A stretch of DNA of 63,657 nucleotides, the filler included, from Octopus bimaculoides (Eukaryota): assembly GCF_001194135.2 (NCBI RefSeq). It is 4 parts of 4 records of this genome, joined end to end, with 100 filler letters (N's around TTAATTAATTAA, not from the genome) between each part and the next. Parts side by side here need not be neighbours in the genome. Positions count along the whole stretch, not along the records: positions 52,801 to 59,385 come from NC_068994.1; positions 59,486 to 63,657 come from NW_026426302.1; 2 more parts are not named here. One strand, 5' to 3'. The notes under the pieces were generated by a model. That model was not told the DNA's origin. It saw only the letters and a program-made list of their open reading frames with translations, and did no database searches. This document shows positions 52,745 to 63,657 of the stretch, piece after piece. Position 1 is the stretch's first letter, and the number at the start of each line of letters is the position of its first letter. The translations under genes were made by a program, and so were the position numbers.

Positions 52745-52756
52745 TTAATTAATTAA
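52745..52756. other. Artificial scaffold-concatenation linker
   Basis: N44-TTAATTAATTAA-N44 spanning 52701-52800. Confidence 0.97.
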
Positions 52757-52800
52757 NNNNNNNNNNNNNNNNNNNNNNNNNNNNNNNNNNNNNNNNNNNN

Positions 52801-52850
<50 letters not shown>

Positions 52851-52873
52851 CCATATATAGATATATATATATA

Positions 52874-52909
<36 letters not shown>

Positions 52910-53274
52910 AGTGAAGAAAATGACAAAATGGAATTTGTCATGTGAAAATGCTATAAGAAACTTTGTTGCAACCAGCATTAAAAGCTTAGGTGTGCAAGGC
53001 AAAGGAGAAAAGTGGCAGCAAATACACTGCCTGCACTGACCCATAATCCTCATACTCGCAACATCTGTGGGCTTCTTTGGAAATCATTGGCAGGACTCAC
53101 ATGTCACATTGAGCATAAGCATTATGACCGACAAAGAAAGAGTTGGTTGTCAGAACCTCATACCTCAAAATCGACAAGAGAGTCCATCACACACACACAC
53201 ACACACACACACATAAAACATACATATCCTATGAACTTTGATAGAATCTATACAGTGGAGACATCTTTTATACT

Positions 53275-53520
53275 TCATGCTGGTGGCACGTAAAAGCACC
53301 CACTACACTCTCGGAGTGGCTGGCGTTAGGAAGGGCATCCAGCTGTAGAAACTCTGCCAAATCAGATTGGAGCCTGGTGCAGCNNNNNNNNNNTAGAAAC
53401 TCTGCCAAATCAGATTGGAGCCTGGTGCAGCCATCTGGTTTCACCAGTCCTCAGTCAAATCGTCCAACCCATGCTAGCATGGAAAGCAGATGTTAAACGA
53501 CAACGATGATGATCATCATC
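53275..53520 (+). repeat. (GAT)n-tailed repeat family copy
   Basis: Closely similar to 49800-49975; ~38 nt duplicated across a 10-N gap. Confidence 0.8.
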
Positions 53521-54067
53521 ATCACAATTAAAATAAAACTTCTAAAATTGCCCCATCAAAGAAATCCTAACATGTTTCTTCAATCTAACACTTAATCCAA
53601 CACACTTTGAGTTTCATTCCTTTTTTTTTTAACCTCTAATTATTACAGAAGTCTGACACCAATATGAACATTTAACTCTTCAACAATCCTCTGGAAGATA
53701 ACGATACATGTGATTTATAATCAAACACATGAGATATAGAGTTTAACTACTTTCTTACTGTGACCTCCATTCCACAGACTGAATGGTAATTGGAGCTTTT
53801 TATACCAATTGGAGCTTTTTCATCCTTTTCAGTGACATCTTAAGTGTTGCCATTGAATCAAATCATGTTTAGTTAATAGCTCGCTAACATAGCTACATAC
53901 TTTCAACTCCCATGAAGAAAACTCTAAATGACACGTACAGCAGAATGCTTTGTGCTGTTCTAAATATTTCATTGGAATGTTAGAGAAGGAGAAAGAAGCC
54001 AGAATCTTATATCGTTTATTTGAGGAAAGGCTTTATCTAGAGCTCCTAATATTAAAGGAATTAATTA

Positions 54068-54885
54068 GGGCAGTGAGCTGGTAGAATCGTTAGCACACCT
54101 AGCAAAATGCTTGAAGGCATTTCATTCATTTTTACGTTCTGAGTTCAAATGTTTCCAAGGTCGGCTTTACCTTTTATCCGTTTGCGGTTAATAAAATAAA
54201 TACCAGTTGTGCACTAGGGTCAATGTAATCAACGTATCCCCTCCCCTGAAATTACTGGTTTTGTACCAAAATGTGGAACCAGTATTAAAAGGATTAATCA
54301 ATTTTCAGATCCTCGAATTATAATAGGAATAACTAAGAAAAAGAATTAAAACAAAGGTATGGAGTGTAACAATTACAATATATTATTGATCACCAATTAG
54401 TAGTGATCATAGTTGGCTTAATTCTGTTCGTATTATCAGTCTTAATCTCAGGCAGCAAGCTGGCAGAATAGTTAGCATGCTCGCCGAAATGCTTAGCAGT
54501 ATTTCGTCCATCTTTATGTTCTGAGTTCAAATTCCGCTGAGGTCGACTTTCATCCTTTAGGGGTTGATAAATTAAGGACTAGTCAAATGCTGACGTTGAT
54601 GTGATCAACTTCTCCCTCCCCAAAAATTTCAGGCTTTGTGCCTATAGTAGAAAGGATTATTAATCTTAATCTCTAAGGTGGCAAAATCCTCAGCATTCTG
54701 GGGAAAATGTTTAGCAACATTTCATCTGTCTGAGTTCAAATTCTACCAGGGTCAACTTTGCCTTTTATCCTTTCCAGGTTGATAAAATAAGCATCAGTTG
54801 AGCACTGGGGGTTGATTTAATCAACTTGCCCCATCCTGCTAAATTGCTGACCTTGTGACAAAATTTGAAATCAATATTAAAGGGA
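54068..54885 (+). mobile_element. Cluster of three degraded Nin/Deu SINEs
   Basis: Repeated ctgagttcaaat...cctttt/catcc...gataaa motifs. Confidence 0.75.
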
Positions 54886-55902
54886 TTAGTCAATTTCAAA
54901 ACCTTCAAATTGTAACATATATAACTAAGAAAAAGATTATAATAAATGCATGGGTAATAACAATTACACTGTATTCTTATTTCTTTATTGCCCACAAGGG
55001 GCTAAACACAGAGGGGACAAACAAGGACAGACAAAGGGATTAAGTCGATTACATTGACCCTAGTGTGTANNNNNNNNNNNNNNNNNNNNNNNNNNNNNNN
55101 NNNNNNNNNNNNNNNNNNNNNNNNNNNNNNNNNNNNNNNNNNNNNNNNNNNNNNNNNNNNNNNNNNNNNNNNNNNNNNNNNNNNNNNNNNNNNNNNNNNN
55201 NNNNNNNNNNNNNNNNNNNNNNNNNNNNNNNNNNNNNNNNNNNNNNNNNNNNNNNNNNNNNNNNNNNNNNNNNNNNNNNNNNNNNNNNNNNNNNNNNNNN
55301 NNNNNNNNNNNNNNNNNNNNNNNNNNNNNNNNNNNNNNNNNNNNNNNNNNNNNNNNNNNNNNNNNNNNNNNNNNNNNNNNNNNNNNNNNNNNNNNNNNNN
55401 NNNNNNNNNNNNNNNNNNNNNNNNNNNNNNNNNNNNNNNNNNNNNNNNNNNNNNNNNNNNNNNNNNNNNNNNNNNNNNNNNNNNNNNNNNNNNNNNNNNN
55501 NNNNNNNNNNNNNNNNNNNNNNNNNNNNNNNNNNNNNNNNNNNNNNNNNNNNNNNNNNNNNNNNNNNNNNNNNNNNNNNNNNNNNNNNNNNNNNNNNNNN
55601 NNNNNNNNNNNNNNNNNNNNNNNNNNNNNNNNNNNNNNNNNNNNNNNNNNNNNNNNNNNNNNNNNNNNNNNNNNNNNNNNNNNNNNNNNNNNNNNNNNNN
55701 NNNNNNNNNNNNNNNNNNNNNNNNNNNNNNNNNNNNNNNNNNNNNNNNNNNNNNNNNNNNNNNNNNNNNNNNNNNNNNNNNNNNNNNNNNNNNNNNNNNN
55801 NNNNNNNNNNNNNNNNNNNNNNNNNNNNNNNNNNNNNNNNNNNNNNNNNNNNNNNNGCCAAAATTTCAGGTCATGTGTCTCTAGCAAAAAGGATTAGTAA
55901 TC

Positions 55903-56121
55903 TTAATCTTTAGCAATCAGATTATTCCGTCAAATGTTATGTTTGTCAATTCACGTTGTTTTGAATTAATCATGCATTATTTTGTAGCTTTGACATTTTG
56001 ACTATGTGACTGCCTATTTTTAGAATGACATCATTAAGGTAGGTGTGAGAGGCCAGATATGAACATAAAACAGGTAGAATATTTGGGCTGGATATGGCCA
56101 TTTTAAATGTTAAAGGGTTAA
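55903..56121. mobile_element. TTAA-flanked (piggyBac-type) MITE
   Basis: TTAA at both ends, terminus ..aaagggTTAA; reverse complement of 57240-57792 minus the nested SINE. Confidence 0.7.
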
Positions 56122-56959
56122 AGATGTTCTTAGAAGTCCTAAAAAGATTCCAAAAATGACATATAAAGAATTGATATCTTTTTTTATAGTATGCTGAAAA
56201 TATTCATGACTAATGAAGAGCTAAACCAAAACATCTCAAATATCATAGAGACAACATGAAAGCACAGGCAGAGATTTACTGCTTATTGCTCATGTAACAA
56301 GGAAACTTTAATACATACACACACATACACACTGGCTGTTATATGAAACCCAACACAGTCAAACACTGGTCAAACAACCTACAAGAAATTACAGTGAAAT
56401 CCTCATCAAATCATGCCCTAGTTATAAACTACATTCTTTGAAAATGAATGAAGAAAAAATTATTCCATGAATTTCCTCCCGATTCTAACTGATTTCGTCT
56501 TTAATTTCAAGGAAATGTCTTTCTTTGTAATATTAGTAACTTACAAATTAAATCATGCAGAAAATTTCTAAAAAGAATGAAATACTGCTTTATAGGATTG
56601 TAAGAACTTTGAAGAACAGATGAAAAAGAACAGATGAAAAAGAAAATAAATATGTAGATATATAAACTCTATACATCATCTTATACTCCTAAATTTTAAA
56701 TTTAAATTTCTAATCCCACCTTGTGTTGTAAAGGGATGATTATTTCCCTTGTATTAATGCTCATAGTCAGAGGGCACCACATGTAGTACATTGAATAAGA
56801 TATTTGAGAGATTGAAGAGAAGGTCATGGGTGGTGGAATATGATTTATACTAGAACAGTTCAATGACGGCTGTGTAGCTAAACAACAATTGCATAAAGTA
56901 TTCAAAAGTACTGAACCATGATATTCTTAAGTGTTCCTGGTCCTTTATTTTTTTACTTA

Positions 56960-57085
56960 TTTCACAAGGCTTTGGTCATCCCAGGGCTATAGTAGTAGAT
57001 AGTAGCCTAAGATGTCATGCAATAGGACTGAACCCAAAATTACATGGTTGGGAAGCAAATTTACCACACAGCCATGCCTGTGCTT
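56960..57085 (-). mobile_element. CORE-like SINE 5' half
   Basis: Family motifs on the reverse strand. Confidence 0.65.
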
Positions 57086-57239
57086 AATGGATTATTGTTA
57101 AATGTTTCATTAGTTACTTCTCTGACACATGTCTGCTTAAACAGAGCTAACAGTTGACTACTCATCTAAAACACAGAAAATACTTTTAACTATCAGTTTG
57201 GCATTTAGTACATAAAACACATACTAAAATATATAACAT

Positions 57240-57792
57240 TTAACCATTTAGCATTTAAACATACCATATACAGCATAGGAGGCGTTGTGAGTGTTTATTG
57301 AGCGAAAACACCTAAAGCTCTATGAGGCTCCAGCAGGGGATGGTGGCAAACCCTGCTGTACTCTTCCACCACAACTTTCTCTCACTCTTACTTCCTGTTT
57401 CTGTTGTGCCTGTAATTCAAAGGGTCAACCTTGTCACACTGTGTCATGCTGAATATCCCCGAGAACTATGTTAAGGGTACACGTGTCTGTGGAGTTTTCA
57501 GCCACTTGCACGTTAATTTCACGAGCAGGCTGTTCCATTGATTGGATCAACTGGAACCCTCGGCGTTGTAAGCAACGGAGTGCCAACAATACAGCATAAA
57601 TATTCCACTTGTTTTATGTTCAAACTAGCCAGATCTAACCTCTCACACCTGCCCTACAATACCATTCTAAAAATAAATAAACAGTCACATCCTTGAAATT
57701 TCCATGCTACAAGATATTGAATGATTAATTCAAAACTATGTGAATAAATAAGTATTACATTTAGCAGAATAATCCAAATGATAAAGGGTTAA
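57240..57792. mobile_element. TTAA-flanked (piggyBac-type) MITE with nested SINE
   Basis: TTAAccatttagcattt ... aaatgataaagggTTAA terminal inverted repeats. Confidence 0.75.
57278..57588 (+). mobile_element. SINE nested in a TTAA MITE, with 10-bp TSD
   Basis: TSD atacagcata at 57268-57277 and 57589-57598. Confidence 0.75.
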
Positions 57793-57816
57793 ATTAGTCA
57801 TGTATGCTAAAATTAC

Positions 57817-58002
57817 CTTGTAATAAGTTTGTTTACATAGGATAGGCTCCAGGGAAGGTTCTAAAACCTCTCCAACATCTTCCAATAAAACAGGCCTACC
57901 AATCCGTATGCAATTCTCAAGAGTTCTCATAAGATTGGTATCAGAAGGTTTTATTATACTAAGGCCATATTTAGATTCTCTTTTCTTAATCCACATGTTA
58001 GC
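57817..58002 (-). CDS. DNAH6: Axonemal dynein heavy chain (DNAH6-like), single internal exon (186 nt, phase 0), AAA5 region
   Basis: tttctAG and AAG|GTAATT boundaries. ANMWIKKRESKYGLSIIKPSDTNLMRTLENCIRIGRPVLLEDVGEVLEPSLEPILCKQTYYK resembles DNAH6 ANRWIRNKESKSGLKIIK...LENSIRLGLPVLLEEL.ETLDPALEPILLKQ. The dynein call is firm; the paralog call is from memory. Confidence 0.85.
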
Positions 58003-58181
58003 CTAGAAATCCAAAATACATTTCAGGATTAATTTGATACAAGAGGTGTAATGGTAAAGATCTATATATGTGCGTATGAATTTACATATATGTATGTGTG
58101 TGTATATATTTATAAACATATACATAAATGTATTTATGTATGCACATACACATGCATGTATTATGTTTATATATGTGTATG

Positions 58182-58212
<31 letters not shown>

Positions 58213-58559
58213 ATATAATATAATATAATATAACATAACATAACATAACATAACATAATATAATATAATATAATATAATATAATATAATATAATAATAAT
58301 ACAATATAATATTATAGTAATCCCTTGACTATCACAGGTGTTATGTTCCAAAACCTCCCACAGAAATAATTAAAATCTAAAAGAATATAAATACCTATCA
58401 GCTACAGAACCACAGAAACCCGCAATATACTCTGGAGTCTGCGATACAAATTTACATATATTAGCCAGAAAAATCCACAATGTACTGAGTGCATGATAGG
58501 TGAACCACGATATAACAAGGGATTACTGTAATATAATATAAATATATGTATGTATTTAT

Positions 58560-58870
58560 ATATTAGGAGACACTTTCTGAAGTTTTTCAGGAGACACATT
58601 TATTAATTTCAAAGAAGTACAAAACTCCAATCTCTTTCAAAATAGGACCCTCTAACTTCAATGCACTTGTTGTAGTGTTCCAGCCACTTCGTGAGAGCTT
58701 CATGGAAGTCCTTCAAAATGCAAGTGCCCAGGACTTTTGTCACAACTTCCTTCAGCTTCTTCAGCTTAGGGGACAACCAAAAGCCACAGGAAGCAAGGTC
58801 AAGGATGTAGGGAGAGTGAGGGACAATTCCGATACTAATCCCTATCAAGTATATTATTACTAGGGTGGAA
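58560..58870 (-). mobile_element. Mariner transposase 3' fragment
   Basis: VPHSPYILDLASCGFWLSPKLK...KWLEHYNKCIEVRGSYFE, a decayed PHPPYSPDLAPCDFWLFPKLK. Confidence 0.85.
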
Positions 58871-59352
58871 TTATGGACTGTTTGACTGTTTGGCCAGAAG
58901 AAACTCAGTGAAAGCAGATGATGCCCTTGCTGTTGAAAAAAAGGGATCATTAAGAGCTTCCTGATGGACTTACTTTGCCTAGCCTCTTGTGTCAGTGAAA
59001 AACAGATGCTTGGCTCATACAAGTTCATCCATAAGCAGCCTGGAGCATTTCATAAATTTCCAGTTATTTTAATTAGTTTAATACAAAACATTACTGCATA
59101 GCAAGCTTCCAAATAGCCTTCACATCTCAATTGCATTCTGCAAACTAGTAAGCTGTAACAGTGTTTAGTAAGGTGTGTTTAAAGTGCTATTACAGCCGTC
59201 ACCTTCAATCTGGAATAATAAAATTTCTGCAAGTTAGCTTATTAGATGTATAGTAATGATAAACTAAAATTACAATAATCTAGGAGTTATAACCACCTCT
59301 CCTAACAAAGTCTCAACACTTCTGGAAAGCATCTCATGTGTGTGTCCATGTA

Positions 59353-59385
<33 letters not shown>

Positions 59386-59429
59386 NNNNNNNNNNNNNNN
59401 NNNNNNNNNNNNNNNNNNNNNNNNNNNNN

Positions 59430-59441
59430 TTAATTAATTAA
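59430..59441. other. Artificial scaffold-concatenation linker
   Basis: N44-TTAATTAATTAA-N44 spanning 59386-59485. Confidence 0.97.
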
Positions 59442-59559
59442 NNNNNNNNNNNNNNNNNNNNNNNNNNNNNNNNNNNNNNNNNNNNTTCTTGAGATATTTT
59501 GTCCACGGACAAACAAACACAACTGAAAACAATACTTCCGCCTTCACTAAGGCGGAGTT

Positions 59560-60550
<991 letters not shown>

Positions 60551-60855
60551 GCAATGCTATAATAATTAAGTCGAGTTTTTGGGTCAAGTAACACATTGAG
60601 ATGATGACATAAAACCCATCCAAATGTTTTTCGTCTTTTGATTTGGGTTTTTTTACTCTTTCGTCTGTTTTTTCTTTTTTTCTTTTTTTTCTGATCATTT
60701 ACTTTTCGCTCTCCGGAATGAATCCAGAAATTATTTGATGAGAAGAACGAGGGAAACGGAAGAAAAGAAGAAGAAGAAAGAGACGAAACAGGAAGAAGAA
60801 GAAAAATAAAGGAAAGAAACGATAGAAAGAAACGGGAAGAAGGAAACACGAAACT

Positions 60856-60906
<51 letters not shown>

Positions 60907-61169
60907 ACAAAAGAAAGAAATAAAGAAAGAAAAAAATCCAGAAAGAGGATTATAAAACGACTATCAAAACGTTAGTCGGGTTATCAAGCATACATTCATT
61001 CATACATACACACACACACACATACATACATGCATACATACATATATGCATACATACATACACACATATACACATACAAAGAAATGTGCATGAATGCATA
61101 CATATTTACATACACACACGTACATATATGCATACATACACACGTACATGCATGTTTTCATGCATATAT

Positions 61170-61224
<55 letters not shown>

Positions 61225-61319
61225 TACATATATACTTACATACATGCATACATAAATTCATACATACATTCATACATACATTCGTATATACGTAAATACA
61301 CACATACTTAGATATGTAC

Positions 61320-61480
61320 AGGCAACATGACTGTGTGGTAAGAAGCTTGCTTCCCAACCACATAGTTCCGGGTACAGTCTCACTACGTGGCACCTTGGGC
61401 AAGTGTCTTCCGCTATAGCCTCGGGTCGACCAAACCATTGTGAGTGGATTTGGTAGACGGAAACTGAAAGAAGCCCGTCA
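61320..61480 (+). mobile_element. CORE-like SINE 5' half
   Basis: gtgtggtaagaagcttgcttcccaaccacatagttccggg...caccttgggcaagtgtctt...aagaagcccgtc. Confidence 0.85.
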
Positions 61481-62339
61481 TATACACATATATGTGTGTG
61501 TGTGTGTGTGTNNNNNNNNNNNNNNNNNNNNNNNNNNNNNNNNNNNNNNNNNNNNNNNNNNNNNNNNNNNNNNNNNNNNNNNNNNNNNNNNNNNNNNNNN
61601 NNNNNNNNNNNNNNNNNNNNNNNNNNNNNNNNNNNNNNNNNNNNNNNNNNNNNNNNNNNNNNNNNNNNNNNNNNNNNNNNNNNNNNNNNNNNNNNNNNNN
61701 NNNNNNNNNNNNNNNNNNNNNNNNNNNNNNNNNNNNNNNNNNNNNNNNNNNNNNNNNNNNNNNNNNNNNNNNNNNNNNNNNNNNNNNNNNNNNNNNNNNN
61801 NNNNNNNNNNNNNNNNNNNNNNNNNNNNNNNNNNNNNNNNNNNNNNNNNNNNNNNNNNNNNNNNNNNNNNNNNNNNNNNNNNNNNNNNNNNNNNNNNATA
61901 CATACCTGCATGCATACACAAACAAACATACACATACATGCAGACACGCAGACATACATACATTCATACATACACACATACACACACACACACAAAACAT
62001 ACACATACATGTACACATACGTGCATTCATATGTACACGCATACACACACACATACACATTAAACATACACATACATACATGCACACATACATTCATTCA
62101 TACGTACAGACATACCTGAATACATACATATACGCAAACATACAAACATACACATACACATACATATGTACATTCGTGTGTGTGTGTGATTGATTAGCGT
62201 TTATTGTGGGGCTTTTTTTGTTGTTGTTGCTGTTGTTTGTTTATATTTTTTTCTGGCAATGTTTTCATTGAGACGAAGTAATTAAGATTATTTGCTGAGT
62301 TAAACCCAACAATTAGAACATCAACGTTAGGTGAAGAAT

Positions 62340-62361
62340 ATTGATGGCCAAAGCTTCATTA

Positions 62362-62404
<43 letters not shown>

Positions 62405-62508
62405 CCTATCTGTCTATCTATTTATGTAGCTATCTACCTTTCTTTTCAACACTCTAACTCTAATTAACTCTCTTCATCTCTCTCTCTACTTCTTTCTCTC
62501 TATCTTTA

Positions 62509-62575
<67 letters not shown>

Positions 62576-62774
62576 CTCCTTTTCTTTCTCTCTCTCTCTC
62601 TGTCTCTATCTTTCCATCTAACTATCTGTCTACCTGTCTTTCTCTTCATCAACCTACCTCTAATTAACTCTCTTCAATTCTTTCTCTCTCTCTTCCTCTT
62701 TCTCTTTTTGTCTTTATCTCTATCTACCTATTTCTGGTTCTCTCTCTCTCTCTTTCTCTCCCAGATTTCTTCCC

Positions 62775-62815
<41 letters not shown>

Positions 62816-62930
62816 ATTATCTCTCTCCCAATATCTCTCCCTTTCTCCCGCTCTCTCTGTCTTTCTCTCATTCAAACTTTCTCTGATTATGTCTCCAACT
62901 CTCTATCTCTCTCCCCCTCTCTCTCTCACT
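62340..62930. repeat. CT-rich / (TATC)n low-complexity tract
   Basis: Direct inspection. Confidence 0.9.
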
Positions 62931-63620
62931 CCAGTTACCTTTCGTCGCTATAAAAACCAAACAACGAACACGCCAAAACAAAAAACAACAAATACACAAA
63001 TTCGTGAATAAAAACAACAAATAAAAAATAATTATAATAAAATGGGCAAAAAGTACGAAACGAATTAATTTATTAATTAATTTCGTAAACTAATCGACGG
63101 TTTAACAGCAGACGACCAGATTATGTAAATAATAAGCTAAAACAAGCAACAACAAAAAAACACCAATGACGATAAGTAATGGCTACTTTTTGTTGCTAAC
63201 CTGTTCTATTCATGGCCGCCATTTCTCACTTCGTTTATATATTCGCCTTTCTTTTTGCATTGTCAAATATATCCCTTCGTTTTCTCCCATTTTTATTTCT
63301 AAACCTTTCCCAATATTATTTGAATTAACACGAAAAATATATATATTTTTAAAATTTTTATTGTATTGTTTTTTATCGGTGTTTTATGGTGTTTTGTAAC
63401 TCCGTTCTGTTCTTCATCTAAGACTTTTCTTTATCGATTTTGAAATCTGAATTTTTACCTTTTCATGGACATGTAGTGATGATGATGATGATGATGATGA
63501 TGGCGTACGAGTTGGTGGTAGGAGAAAGAGACGAACGAATTTATTTATCTATCAAACAATCTATCAATCTGTCTGTCAGTCAGTCTACTGGCTATTTAGC
63601 ATTATCTTATCTATTTACCC

Positions 63621-63657
<37 letters not shown>

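Noticed and set aside
52701-59385. Joining the dynein exon and KAT8 exons (both minus strand) as a nested or fused gene
   Set aside because: They are separated by an artificial linker, so they lie on different scaffolds.
63215-63224. YY1-like GCCGCCATTT motif
   Set aside because: Single short motif with no supporting context.

Overview
Repeat-rich, AT-rich metazoan genomic DNA. The SINE repertoire and microsatellite density suggest an octopus (coleoid cephalopod); this is my inference. The window is not one locus. Three identical 100-bp artificial linkers (N44-TTAATTAATTAA-N44) join four independent scaffolds: 1-26592, 26693-52700, 52801-59385 and 59486-63657. Host genes: four consecutive minus-strand exons of the MYST acetyltransferase KAT8/MOF (38376-39736) and one minus-strand exon of a DNAH6-like axonemal dynein heavy chain (57817-58002). 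The rest is mostly transposon debris: a Tx1/L1 LINE, RTE and CR1/L2 LINEs, three Penelope-like fragments, a Ty3/gypsy element with a nested RTE LINE, several Tc1/mariner elements, MITE/foldback elements, many SINEs and simple repeats. The most interesting signal is four minimal type-I hammerhead-ribozyme-like motifs in two unrelated non-coding repeat families: a ~190-bp TA-flanked repeat (3 copies) and the 3' part of a tRNA-headed SINE. They may be non-autonomous partners of Penelope-like elements. Every copy deviates from the canonical catalytic core, so activity is unproven. Also notable: two mariner composites built from two copies of the same end, a ~1.6-kb inverted duplication, and a candidate 9-nt microexon. 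Repeat boundaries were placed by eye and are approximate.
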